NCBI GenBank assembly: GCA_002269645.1
Contig: NIVC01001823.1
Span: 169,783-233,782, forward strand
Reading direction: 5' to 3'
Length of the DNA: 64,000 bases
From: Macrostomum lignano
Taxonomy: Eukaryota
Of this stretch, positions 22,785 to 37,201 are shown piece after piece. Numbering within the stretch: the first letter of the stretch is position 1; each line of letters opens with the position of its first letter. Both the position numbers and the translations under genes were made by a program. The notes beneath the pieces are model-generated. The model did no database searches. It was not told the origin of the DNA and saw only the letters and a program-made list of their open reading frames with translations.

Positions 22785-25430
22785 AGAGAGATCATAGAGG
22801 AGAAGAGAGATCAGAGAAGAAGAGAGATCATAGAGGAGAAGAGATATCATAGAGGGGAAGAGAGATCATAGAGGGGAAGAGATATCATAGAGGAGAAGAG
22901 AGATCATAGGGGGGAAGAGAGATCATAGAGGGGAAGAGAGATCATAGAGGAGAAGAGAGATCATAGAGGGGAAGAGAGATCATAGAGGAGAAGAGAGATC
23001 ATAGAGGGGAAGAGAGATCATAGAGGGGAAGAGATATCATAGAGGGGAAGAGAGATCATAGAGGGGAAGAGATATCATAGAGGGGAAGAGAGATCATAGA
23101 GGGGAAGAGATATCATAGAGGAGAAGAGAGATCATAGAGGGGAAGAGATATCATAGAGGGGAAGAGATATCATAGAGGAGAAGAGAGATCATAGAGGGGA
23201 AGAGAGATCATAGAGGGGAAGAGATATAGAGGGGAAGAGAGATCATAGAGGGGAAGAGAGATCATAGAGGGGAAGAGGGATCACAAAGGAAAGAGAGATC
23301 ATAGAGGGGAAGAGATATCATAGAGGGGAAGAGATATCATAGAGGGGAAGAGAGATCATAGAGGGGAAGAGAGATCATAGAGGGGAAGAGAGATCATAGA
23401 GGGGAAGAGAGATCATAGAGGGGAAGAGAGATCATAGAGGGGAAGAGAGATCATAGAGGGGAAGAGGGATCACAAAGGAAAGAGAGATCATAGAGGGGAA
23501 GAGAGATCATAGAGGGGAAGAGAGATCATAGAGGGGAAGAGATATCATAGAGGGGAAGAGAGATCATAGAGGGGAAGAGAGATCATAGAGGGGAAGAGAG
23601 ATCATAGAGGGGAAGAGAGATCATAGAGGGGAAGAGGGATCACAAAGGAAAGAGAGATCATAGAGGGGAAGAGATATCATAGAGGGGAAGAGAGATCATA
23701 GAGGGGAAGAGATATCATAGAGGGGAAGAGAGATCATAGAGGGGAAGAGAGATCATAGAGGGGAAGAGGGATCACAAAGGAAAGAGAGATCATAGAGGGA
23801 AAGAGAGATCATAGAGGGGAAGAGAGATCATAGAGGGGAAGAGAGATCATAAAGGGAAAGAGGGATCACAAAGGAAAGAGAGATCATAGAGGGGAAGAGA
23901 TATCATAGAGGGGAAGAGAGATCATAGGGGGGAAGAGAGATCATAGAGGAGAAGAGAGATCATAGAGGGGAAGAGAGATCATAGAGGGGAAGAGAGATCA
24001 TAGGGGGGAAGAGAGATCATAGAGGGGAAGAGAGATCATAGAGGGGAAGAGAGATCATAGAGGGGAAGAGAGATCATAGGGGGGAAGAGAGATCATAGAG
24101 GGGAAGAGGGATCACAAAGGAAAGAGAGATCATAGAGGGGAAGAGAGATCATAGAGGGGAAGAGAGATCATAGAGGGGAAGAGGGATCACAAAGGAAAGA
24201 GAGATCATAGAGGGGAAGAGATATCATAGAGGGGAAGAGAGATCATAGAGGGGAAGAGAGATCATAGAGGAGAAGAGAGATCATAGAGGGGAAGAGAGAT
24301 CATAGAGGGGAAGAGATATCATAGAGGGGAAGAGAGATCATAGAGGGGAAGAGAGATCATAGAGGGGAAGAGGGATCACAAAGGAAAGAGAGATCATAGA
24401 GGGGAAGAGAGATCATAGAGGGGAAGAGAGATCATAGAGGGGAAGAGAGATCATAAAGGGAAAGAGGGATCACAAAGGAAAGAGAGATCATAGAGGGGAA
24501 GAGATATCATAGAGGGGAAGAGAGATCATAGAGGGGAAGAGAGATCATAGAGGAGAAGAGAGATCATAGAGGGGAAGAGAGATCATAGAGGGGAAGAGGG
24601 ATCACAAAGGAAAGAGAGATCATAGAGGGGAAGAGAGATCATAGAGGGGAAGAGAGATCATAGAGGGGAAGAGGGATCACAAAGGAAAGAGAGATCATAG
24701 AGGGGAAGAGATATCATAGAGGGGAAGAGAGATCATAGAGGGGAAGAGAGATCATAGAGGAGAAGAGAGATCATAGAGGGGAAGAGAGATCATAGAGGGG
24801 AAGAGAGATCATAGAGGGGAAGAGGGATCACAAAGGAAAGAGAGATCATAGGGGGGAAGAGAGATCATAGAGGGGAAGAGAGATCATAGAGGGGAAGAGA
24901 GATCATAGAGGGGAAGAGAGATCATAGGGGGGAAGAGAGATCATAGAGGGGAAGAGGGATCACAAAGGAAAGAGAGATCATAGAGGGGAAGAGAGATCAT
25001 AGAGGGGAAGAGAGATCATAGAGGGGAAGAGAGATCATAGAGGGGAAGAGGGATCACAAAGGAAAGAGAGATCATAGAGGGGAAGAGATATCATAGAGGG
25101 GAAGAGAGATCATAGAGGGGAAGAGAGATCATAGAGGAGAAGAGAGATCATAGAGGGGAAGAGAGATCATAGAGGGGAAGAGATATCATAGAGGGGAAGA
25201 GAGATCATAGGGGGAAGAGAGATCATAGAGGGGAAGAGAGATCATAGAGGAGAAGAGAGATCATAGAGGGGAAGAGAGATCATAGAGGGGAAGAGATATC
25301 ATAGAGGGGAAGAGAGATCATAGAGGGGAAGAGGGATCACAATCACAAAGGAAAGAGAGATCATAGAGAGAAAAAGAGATCATAGAGGGGGGGGAGAGAT
25401 CATAAAGAGGAAAGAGAGATCATGAAGAGA
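22785..25430. repeat. 19-bp purine-rich satellite (gagagatcatagaggggaa), about 2.6 kb, with recurring variant gagggatcacaaaggaaa
   Basis: Direct inspection. Confidence 0.98.
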
Positions 25431-26334
25431 GATCATAACGACAACGAGCACGCATGAGCTAAGCCACCAAGAATGGTTGTCCTCAAATTTTAATATCTTT
25501 AGATTAGAATCCTCATGGCTCATTCATTCCTTAGCATATTCCAGATTTCAGTACTGTGTCCGTTCACTTACTATGATAGACTGGGTTAATTTGTATTGGC
25601 CTGGCTTCTGGGGGGGGGGGTGCGTCATAGAGGAAAGCCGGAAAAACTTTCGCGTATATTATATACATAGATATACACATGCAGACTTTACCAGACAGGG
25701 TAAGGCAGGATAGGATGCTTAACAGCTAGTCTGTGTTAACCTGGCCTGGGTTACAGCGGCTCTGCAGGGGGTCATAATGCAATACGTACCAGTATTGCAG
25801 AGAGAGAGAATAAGTGTTTATTGCATGCAGCCTTACTTCACGTTTGGGCACTGCTTGTACTGCTTGAACTCTCTATCTCTCTCTCTCACCCCTCCCTCAC
25901 CCTCTGCAGCGTACTTTCGTCCCCATGCTTTTTTATCTAAATTTCTCTAACCCTGCATTTTATTATAATCTATATGGTCTCTATATATGGTGGTGGTGGT
26001 GTTGGGGTTAACTGTGCAGTGCAGTTCTGCGCCTGTCTCCCCCCTGGCTCCTCTTCCCTCGCGCTTGTGGGGGTTGGGGCTGCGGGTCTGGCCGCGGGTG
26101 CAAGCTGGGTACTTACTGGTTACTGAAAGAGCTTCATGGCTTGATTGTTCAGTTTTGCTTGCCCGTGAGGTTTACGCTGGCTGCGAGTTTTTTCAAGTGG
26201 CCAAGGACTGCTGCAGAAGCTGGAGTCTGGAGTGGAAAAGGATAGCGCTTGTGTAATTGTACTTGGAATGGGTTTTGTTGAAATTGTTAATATTTGTACT
26301 CATTGTGGCCTTCAGTGAACCTCGGTGAAATGAT

Positions 26335-27070
26335 TCTCATGTTGGCGCCGTGATTCTCATGTTGGCGCCATCATTCTCATGTTGGCGCCGTGATTCTCAT
26401 GTTGGCGCCGTGATTCTCATGTTGGCGCCATAATTCTCATTTTAGCGCCTTCGGTTCTCGTTTTGGCGCCTTGGGGTCTCATTTTGGCGCCACAGTTCTC
26501 GTTTTGGTGCTACGATTCTCATCTTGGCGCCTTGGGTTCTCGTTTTGGCGGCTTGGGGTCTCATTTTGGCGCCACAGTTCTCGTTTTTGGCGCCACGATT
26601 CTCATTTCGGCTCTCATTTTGGCGCCTTCGGTTCTCGTTTGGCGCCACTATTCTCATTTTAGCGCCATCGGTTCTCATTTTGGCGCCCTCGGTTCTGATT
26701 TTGGCGCCTTCGGTTCTCGTTTTGGCGCCACTATTCTCATTTTGGCGCCTTCGGTTCTCATTTTGGCGCCATCGGTTCTCATTTTGGCGCCCTCGGTTCT
26801 GATTTTGGCGCCTTCGGTTCTCGTTTTGGCGCGACTATTCTCATTTTGGCGCCTTCGGTTCTCATTTTGGCGCCTTCGGTTCTCATTTTTGGCGCCACGA
26901 TTTTCATTTTAGCACCATGGTTCTCATTTTGGCGCCACGATTATTATTTTAGCGCCATCGGTTCTCATTTTGGCACCACGGTTCTCATTTTAGCGCCATC
27001 GGGTCTCATTTTGGCGCCACGGTTCTCATTTTAGCGCCATCGGGTCTCATTTTGGCGCCACGGTTCTCAT
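26335..27070. repeat. 20-21-bp minisatellite (ttcggttctcattttggcgcc)
   Basis: Direct inspection. Shares the core ctcattttggcgcc with the 9.3-10 kb array. Confidence 0.95.
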
Positions 27071-27524
27071 TTCACTCCATATACTAGATCCTCGATGCCC
27101 TTGGCGGTCGGCGCTCACTGCTACAGAAGGTTTATCAAGTGCACGCAAGGGATGGAGGGTTGGTTCTGTTTGTTTGAGATCCGCCAATCCCAGTTCCTCT
27201 CTTCCCCTTTAAGGCTCCTCCTTTCCCCTTTTCCATCTATGAATATGACTGACGCTATTCCTGGGGAGTTCCTTCCTTTTTCCGAAGTCCAACTAAGAAA
27301 GATATATGACCTACCCGAATCCCAGCCCAGCCCACCAATTCTTTCTTTCCTCTCTGTGCGCCTTTTCCTCTCTGGTCTGGGTCCCGTGCTCGCATGGACC
27401 TTAGGAATTAACACCTGGACTGGATTCTAGCCTATAACACGGTCGTAATCAGCCTGGCTAAAATTTAGAAGGGTGAATTGTTAAATCAGCTGGGATGTTT
27501 AATGCTTTAAATGCCTTTTATCAC

Positions 27525-28760
27525 ATCCTGTGGCGCTAAATCCCATCCTGTGGCGCTAAATCCCATCCTGTGGCGCTAAATCCCATCCTGTGGCGCTAAA
27601 CTCAATCCTGTGGCGCTAAATCCCATCCTGCGGCGCTAAATCCCATCCTGTGTCGCTAAACCCAATCCTGTGGCGCTAAATCCCATCCTGTGTCGCTAAA
27701 CTCAATCCTGTGGCGCTAAATCCCATCCTGTGGCGCTGAATCCAATCCTGTGGCGATAAATCCCATCCTGTGGCGCTAAATCCCATCCTGTGACGCTAAA
27801 TCCCATCCTGTGTCGCTAAACTCAATCCTGTGGCGCTAAATCCCATCCTGTGGCGATAAATCCCATCCTGTGTCGCTAAACTTAATCCTGTGGCGCTAAA
27901 TCCCATCCTATGGCGCTAAATCCCATCCAGTGGCGCTAAATCCCATCCTGTGGCGCTAAATCCCGTCCTGTAGCGCTAAACTCAATCCTGTGGCGCTAAA
28001 TCCCATCCTGTGTCGCTAAACTCAATCCTGTGGCGCTAAATCCCATCCTGTGTCGCTAAACTTAATCCTGTGGCGCTAAATCCCATTCTGTGGCGCTAAA
28101 TCCCATCCTGTGTCGCTAAACTCAATCCTGTGGCGCTAAATCCCGTCCTGTGGCGCTAAACTCAATTCTGTGGCGCTAAATCCCATCCTGTGGCGCTAAA
28201 TCCCGTCCTGTAGCGCTAAACTCAATCCTGTGGCGCTAAATCCAATCCTGTGTCGCTAAACTCAATCCTGTGGCGCTAAATCCCATCCTGTGTCGCTAAA
28301 CTTAATCCTGTGGCGCTAAATCCCATTCTGTGGCGCTAAATCCCATTCTGTGGCGCTAAATCCCATCCTGTGTCGCTAAACTCAATCCTGTGGCGCTAAA
28401 TCCCATCCTGTGGCGCTAAATCGCATCCTGTGTCGCTAAACTCAATCCTGTGGCGCTAAATCCCATCCTGTGGCGCTAAATCCCATCCTGTGGCGCTAAA
28501 CTCAATCCTGTGGCGCTAAATCCCGTCCTGTGGCGCTAAACTCAATTCTGTGGCGCTAAATCCCATCCTGTGGCGCTAAACTCAATCCTGTGGCGCTAAA
28601 CTCAATCCTGTGGCGCTAAACTCAATCCTGTGGCGCTAAATCGCATCCTGTGGCGCTAAACTCAATCCTGTGGCGCTAAACTCAATCCTGTGGCGCTAAA
28701 TCCCATCCTGTGGCGCTAAATGCCATCCTGTGGCGCTAAATCTCATCCTGTAGCGCTGAA
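27525..28760. repeat. 20-bp minisatellite (tcccatcctgtggcgctaaa), about 60 copies
   Basis: Stays in register with the 60-base lines throughout. Confidence 0.98.
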
Positions 28761-29152
28761 GTAAAAATTGAAAACACTTTTGAAACTTGCTGAATGTCTA
28801 GAAATTCAAACTTTTTAATTGGTTTCAAAACCATGTCTACCGCTACAACCAGAAGTCCTTGGTCGCGGCTTCTAAGCTACATTTAGTTTTAAACGAAAAA
28901 CACCAAGTTTCTGATCCTCTTCCCTAATAAGGCTTTTTCCCGGAGCGAGCGGAAAAAAGTTCTTTACAAAAGCGAACTTCCCGAGACTGCGAAACAGACC
29001 AGCGTATTTTCTATTTGAAAAGCGACTGAAGTTACGGAAGTAGCAGACTGTGGAAAATTTGCGCGTACAATAATATCCTGCGTGTACATGAATTGCTGCG
29101 CATGCAGCTAAACTGCAGGGCCGCAGGCTCGTAATTAGGGTTGCCATCGTTA

Positions 29153-29830
29153 GGAGCACCAGGTGTTTTAGCACCAGGGGTTTTAGCACCAGGGGCTTTA
29201 GCACCAGGGGTTTTAGCACCAGGGGCTTTAGCACCAGGGGTTTTAGCACCAGGGGCTTTAGCACCAGGGGTTTTAGCACCAGGGGCTTTAGCACCAGGGG
29301 TTTTAGCACCAGGGGCTTTAGCACCAGGGGCTTTAGCACCAGGGGCTTTAGCACCAGGGGTTTTAGCACCAGGGGTTTTAGCACCAGGGGTTTTAGCACC
29401 AGGGGTTTTAGCACCAGGTGTTTTAGCACCAGGGGCGCCAGGAACAGGGGTTTTAGCACCAGGGGCTTTAGCACCAGGGGCTTTAGCACCAGGGGTTTTA
29501 GCACCAGGGGTTTTAGCACCAGGGGTTTTAGCACCAGGGGTTTTAGCACCAGGGGTTTTAGCACCAGGTGTTTTAGCACCAGGGGCGCCAGGAACAGGGG
29601 TTTTAGCACCAGGGGCTTTAGCACCAGGGGCGCCAGCACCAGGGGCGCCAGCACCAGGGGCGCCAGCACCAGGGGCGCCAGCACCAGGGGCGCCAGCACC
29701 AGGGGCGCCAGCACCAGGGGCGCCAGCACCAGGGGCTTTAGCACCAGGGGCGCCAGCACCAGGGGCGCCAGCACCAGGGGCGCCAGCACCAGGGGCGCCA
29801 GCACCAGGGGCGCCAGCACCAGGGGCGCCA
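29153..29830. repeat. 15-bp minisatellite (agcaccaggggtttt grading to agcaccaggggcgcc)
   Basis: Direct inspection. Confidence 0.97.
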
Positions 29831-30383
29831 CAGCTGCCGTAAAGGGCGCTAAATCAGCTGGGCAAAAATGTGCCCATAAAATTCACCAGCCTAGTGAATG
29901 GGGGGGGGCAGCGGCCCCGGCGAGCCACATCATTAGCTCGAACAAGAGAGAACCTGATCAACACTGCACACTCGCACAGCAAATATGTGCGATGTCGCCA
30001 GTTTGCAGTTGTAAAATTATTAATTACCTTTTGCTTGCCCTAACATGTACATTGGGGGGGGGTTAAACCTGTTTAATCTGTGTTTTTCGATCTTTTATAC
30101 TGTAGGTAACAGCCGCCTCGCTGTGCTGCAGCATCAGTTCAACAGCACTTTGGATACCAGCAGCAGCAGCAGCAGTCAGCAGCGAATACACCATGCATGC
30201 AGAGCCTGCGCCCTATAAAAGATTTCATAATGCCTCCCTGCCTTGCTTTTCATTCTGACTGTTTACATGCATTTTACGGTCATGGTGAATATTTTTCTTG
30301 CTTTTTTCTTGTAATAGTTTCGTTAGTCTACTTGTAGTAGAAAGGCAGGTATTTTGCATCAAAATCTACCATGTCCCCAGGAA

Positions 30384-31510
<1,127 letters not shown>

Positions 31511-31621
31511 GATCCCTTCATTCCAGATGAAATGAAAATAGAAGTTCAGAAAAGCAGTGGATTTTATTCAATAGGATTCAACACAAGCTGAGCGCACAGT
31601 CGCAGGTTAAGCAAGGCTCAT

Positions 31622-31949
31622 TTAGCCCAGCAAGCCAGTCAGCATCTCAATGTAGGCCTGCGCCATCAGCAGAGTCTCAAATTTGCTCAGCCGTCTGCCG
31701 TGACCGCCGCAGCCTCCGAGCAGCGCTGCCGCCTCATCACCCTCAGCGGCCGGAATCGCCGCTCTGAGCTGGTCGAACGCCGCGTTCAAAGCGTTCATCC
31801 GACGTCGCTCCCGATCGTTGGCGGCGTGGCGTCGACGGACTCGGTCTGGTTGCTGCTGTCGCTGCTTCGAGCAGCTCGTCTGCTTCTTTGTGGCCGGTCG
31901 GCTGCTTGACTCGTGGTTGATTGCAGAGGTGAGCGAGACAGGTGGCTGC
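31622..31949 (-). CDS. atonal: Atonal-family bHLH transcription factor, exon 2 (bHLH domain)
   Basis: [29 protein letters not shown]...[21 protein letters not shown] matches atonal/Atoh1/7 (AANARERRRM..LN.AFD.LR..IP...LSK.ETLQMAQ.YI). Acceptor ctctcagcag|G. Symbol is family-level only. Confidence 0.9.
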
Positions 31950-31989
31950 CTGCTGAGAGCATGAGAAGACGGATGTTTAAAGGATTCGC

Positions 31990-32940
31990 GTCTCCGCAAT
32001 GATTCCCCCTCCCAATCGGTAGGAAAATTCCCTCGCCTCCGCAATGGTTTCGGCCCCAACGGCAGAAAAGTTCCCTGTCTCCGCAATGATTCCCCCTCTC
32101 AATCGGTAGGAAAATTCCCTCGCCTCCGCAATGATTCCCCCTCTCAAACGGTAAGAAAATTCCCTCACCTCCGCAATGATTCCCCCTCTCAATCGGTAGG
32201 AAAATTCCCTCGCCTCCGCAATGATTCCCCCTCCCAATCAGTAGGAAAATTCCCTCGCCTCCACAATGATACCCCTCAATCAGTAGGAAAATTCCCTCGC
32301 CTCCACAATGATTCCCCTCAATCAGTAGGAAAATTCCCTCGCCTCCACAATGATTCCCCTCAATCAGTAGGAAAATTCCCTCGCCTCCACAATGATTCCC
32401 CTCAATCGGTAGGAAAATTCCCTTGCTTCCACAATGATTCCCCCACAACGGTAGGAAAATTCCCTCGCCTCCGCAATGGTTTCGGCCCCAACGGCAGAAA
32501 AGTTCCCTGTCTCCGCAATGATTCCCCCTCTCAATCGGTAGGAAAATTCCCTCGCCTCCGCAATGATTCCCCCTCTCAATCGGTAAGAAAATTCCCTCGC
32601 CTCCGCAATGATTCCCCCTCTCAATTGGTAGGAAAATTCCCTCGCCTCCGCAATGATTCCCCCTCTCAATCGGTAGGAAAATTCCCTCGCCTCCGCAATG
32701 ATTCCCCCTCCCAATCAGTAGGAAAATTCCCTCGCCTCCACAATGATTCCCCCTCCCAATCAGTAGGAAAATTTCCTCGCCTCCACAATGATACCCCTCA
32801 ATCAGTAGGAAAATTCCCTCGCCTCCACAATGATTCCCCTCAATCGGTAGGAAAATTCCCTTGCCTCCACAATGATACCCCCAATCGGTAGGAAAATTCC
32901 CTTGCCTCCACAATGATTCCCCCACAACGGTAGGAAAATT
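31990..32940. repeat. About 43-45-bp minisatellite (ccgcaatgattccccctctcaatcggtaggaaaattccctcgcct) filling the bHLH intron
   Basis: Direct inspection. Confidence 0.97.
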
Positions 32941-32985
32941 CCCGAAAAGTCTCACAGATACATTGAAGGTCATTGCAAATCTCAC

Positions 32986-33182
32986 CTGGAGAAATCCAGC
33001 GGCTCAGAAGTCAGAGTCAAATTCGCAGAATTCCCCTGGCATTCGGGTTTGGCCGTCAGACTTGGCTGCCACTGCAGGCTCTTTGGCGATGCCGCGAAAT
33101 TACCAAAACTGGCTTCAGGACAATGAGCTTGAGCATTGCAGCAACTTGGACAACTGCTGCCCACTTTCAAATCGCTCTGCAT
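32986..33182 (-). CDS. atonal: Atonal-family bHLH, predicted exon 1 (spliced CDS 525 nt = 174 aa)
   Basis: ATG at 33182. Donor CCAG|GTGAGA at 32986/32985 is phase 2 and splices in frame to 31949. Confidence 0.7.
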
Positions 33183-36100
33183 TTCTGCTACTGTCGTGTG
33201 TCAATTGACTTTTAAAAGTGAGAGCTGAATTAATCTCGGGAACAAGGGCCGGACTGATGGGGTCCAGCATCCTTATAATTTATGATATATATATTTCTGG
33301 GGGATGTCGCGTGCTTGACCTCCCGATCGCGTGAAAGCCATTCGCGCAAAACTTCGCAATCTCGTCAATTCGAGGCTGAGAGTTACGTATAACTATTGCC
33401 CAATCCGATGGGAGTCGCAGCTCCGCCCCCCTCGATGGGGATGACGCATGACATTGAGGAGTGTCTGCTCCTAGAGACCTCTGCACCGTTTACGCGCTGT
33501 AATTAGCGTCCAATCAGTTATCAAATATTAAGGGGATTGCTAGAGACAGGTTGGGAGCTACCGCTGTCAGTGTTAAGACTGTTGACGATTCGAGAATTAG
33601 TCTGGAGTAGGGAATGGGGCATGCCAGCTTTCGCACGCAAACTGCAATTCGCTTCGAGCATTTAATCATGTCATTCATTTGCTGGGGCCGTCAGAGTCTA
33701 CAGACTCCCTAGAGCAGGGGTCGGGGCGAACTCCTGAGTCTGCTCAAGGTTTGTGTCTTCTCAACTCTCTTCTCCCCTCTTTCCTCTTCTCTCCTCTTCC
33801 CCCTATCTCTCCCCTCTCCTCTTATCTACGCTCGTATTTTCTCATTCACTCATTATATTCTCGCATCCTCTTCTCTTCTATTCTCTCTCATTTCCTATTC
33901 CCTATCGTATTCACTCTGGATTCTTTAATTATCTGACCCTTAAAGTAAAACAATTCCGACCCCTGCCCTTAAGAGCCACACATGCACACGTAGTAAGGAA
34001 CTGTTCTTACAGTAGCTAGATTTAGCATTCAGTATTTGCTGTTTCGCAGTAGCTATATGCGGCACATCCTACATGTAGTTCAACTTTTTCTCATTTTTTC
34101 TTTCATTTCGGCCAACTAATTCTTTGGGATAGAGAGAAGTTTGGGACAAGACACCAGCTGTACACATTGTGTATACGGGGCCAAGTTTAAACTTATTTAA
34201 GGCACCGAATCCAACTGCTAAAACATGTAGATTTAATATGCATGTACAGATTCGATACAGTAATCACAAATGCATGTGTTTCTATGAGCGCTATACATAT
34301 TGTGATATATGCGACTGCCTCATATACTATGCAATTTAGTGACTATCTATTAAATATTGATTATTTTACCGAACTTATTTTCGCGAAAATATTAACATTG
34401 ATTATTACTGTACATAAAGCTGAATTGCTAGCTATATTTTAATTTTTGAAAATAAAAATTATATATAAAACTTATAAAGTACATATATATATCTATTTGC
34501 ATAGAATCAGTTTTGTTATAATGACGCATTGTTTTCTTCACAAATTTAACCGGCTATTTTTAATTTATTTTTAGCAAATTATCCAATCCCAGAATACAGA
34601 GTACAGATAAGGTTAAATTTTAGATGCTTAATACGCTCGTAGATTAATTAAATTTTATAACATGAAAATAGTTTTATTTCAATTTTTTATTACGCTTCCA
34701 CTGAAAAGTGACACAAGTGTTGTCCTGGAGAAGTTATTTTGATACATTGTCAACCTCAGTTTTGAGTTTTGTAGGCCTGCCTATTGAATTGTACCATGCA
34801 TTAGCCTATGCCATAGGCTTGAATTATCTATGGCTATCTTGTTTGCATGTTGCTATGTGGGACTGTGGGTTAGGCTTAAATAAAAAAGTTAGATTTAAAA
34901 TTTCATCAAACTCTAGGCCCTATAGGCTATACTAATTAGATTTAGACTTATATTTGATGCAACATTGCTATTTTTGAGTCTTAATTCTTAAGTTGAGGTG
35001 CCAAACAAAATTTGGCCAAGAATAGGGCCTAAACATGATCAGATCAGCAAAAACAATGTTTCCAAAAATCAATATCATAGAAGCTTTAACATTAGGCCCT
35101 AAAACAATCTAATCCATTAAGACAATTTTCATAGACCATTTTTTCTTATGTATGGTTTCAAAGCACTTGTTCAATGTGTAAGCCTTATAACTTTTTATGT
35201 TGAAAATGTATAGGCCTAGCTAGGGCCAGATGAGCCAAAGACCAAAGCTCAAAATATACAATGGAAGTGCCTCAATGAACCTATTGAAGGCTAGTATGGT
35301 ACCATCAATGAAGAAGTGGATAGGCACCATCTTCTGGGTTCAGCAAGGGGTGATGCTAATCAAGTGGCTGTCAGAGAAGTGGATAGTCACAGGAGACTCC
35401 TACATTGCCATATTATGCTAGCTAAAAGAAGCAATCAAGGAGAAAAGACAAGGAAAGGTCACCAGGGGCATCCAGTTGTTCTATGACAATATATATATGC
35501 CCAACCCCAAAATTTCACCCATCTGGTGCAAGTGCAACTTAGTTTTGTCTAGATTTGTGACTTAGTTTCTCCCAATTGCAACTTAGTTCTTCCCAATTGC
35601 AACTTAGTTCCCCTAATTGCGACTTAATTTTTATATTGTATAGGCCTATGACTTTTTTTGCCTTTTTCTCTTTTCTTTTCTTTTTTTCTTTCATTTTTCC
35701 TCTCTTTTCTCCTTCCTTTCTTTTCCTTTTCTCTTCTCCTTTCTTTTCCTAATTTTTCATTTATTACATTTTCAATTTTGCAACTTAGGCCAATGGCCAT
35801 TTTACCCATCTAGTTTGGATAGGTTGGATGGGTGTTAGCATATACGAGTATGTGACAACACTTTGGCGCATACCTGTCACAAGGCGCAGGCTGCCATCTA
35901 CAAGCTAGGGTTTAAGCAGCTCCCTCACCCTGCTCATTTACCAAACCTAGCTCTATCAGACTTTTGGCTATTCTTAGTTCTAAAAAACTCACTTTAAGGC
36001 CACCATTAGGCTTCTATGACTGTATTAGCATCCTTGGTAAACCAGTGATGCAAAAACCAGGGTAAAGACTAGTACACTATGGGCATTTAGAAGCTACCAA

Positions 36101-37201
36101 AGTGCTAGGCCAAGTGTGTGTGTCACTGCATGGGAACTTTGTTGAGAAAGTATAAAATGATTAACAGTTAATCATTGTTTGTTTTGTTTCTAGGCCTAGT
36201 TAAGAAAGTAACAGGACTTTTTGATTTGCCCTCATATTCTACCCTAGGCCAAGGTGGAATTTTTGTTATTGAAAAAGTCAAGTTTATTTTTGTTAAAAGT
36301 GTATTAAACTTGTTTCATATAGTTATAGGCTATTTTTAGGTCTATAAACATACCAAGTTAAATGTTTTTTGGCATTTTCACAATATTGAATTGAAGTCAG
36401 AATTCTAAGATCCCAAATTCCTATGATTTAATAATTTTCTATCATGTCTAGAGATTAACCTATTGGTTTCCTAGGATCATAAAACCCTAGGATTTTGGGA
36501 TCTCTAGTATTGTGTAGCATTATAGAAAATTAGCTTTTATTATAGGATGGCTTCTTTAATCATTTTATTTTGTCATTATTGTTTCTATTTTGGCATATTT
36601 TAGTCTATTTCTTCATTTTCAAACTTATATATCACATCTTTTTTATTAGCTGGTGAAATTGAAAATGTATCATAAATTTTGCTATATAAAAATATTCATC
36701 TATATATCTAATATATCCTATTTTTCAGCATATAAAAAATTTGTAGGTACCTAAAATAAAGGAAGAAATTTCAATGTAATGATATATTGAATTAAAAAGA
36801 AAAATGATGGATTTTTATATTCAAGAAATAGTTCTATTTTTAGCCAAAAATCTTATATATATATGTAACTAAATCTTAATTATTAATAGTTCAGATATAA
36901 TCTTTTAGGTAGGTTTTGAATTAGATAGAGTGAATTAAATCATTATTATTTATAAACTGATTTAGTTCTATGAAAAGCTATTTCTTAGAAATTATAAGAC
37001 ACAATGACATAAGTTATAAAAGCAGCTTCAGTTTTGTGAGTCCTAATTATTATATATGGTTTTGCTATTATTTTTTAACTTCTATAGTATTTTTATTGGC
37101 ATTTCGATTATATAAAAATTTAATTTAATTATTAATTGAAATTAAGTGTATAATTAGTAATGAATTTATTCACCCCAACCCACCTGCTCTTCAGCTCCAA
37201 C

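Noticed and set aside
28872-29842. Elastin/collagen-like ORFs (APGVL)n and (LVLKP)n
   Set aside because: They result from a 15-bp stop-free repeat that is open on both strands, with no splice or codon support.
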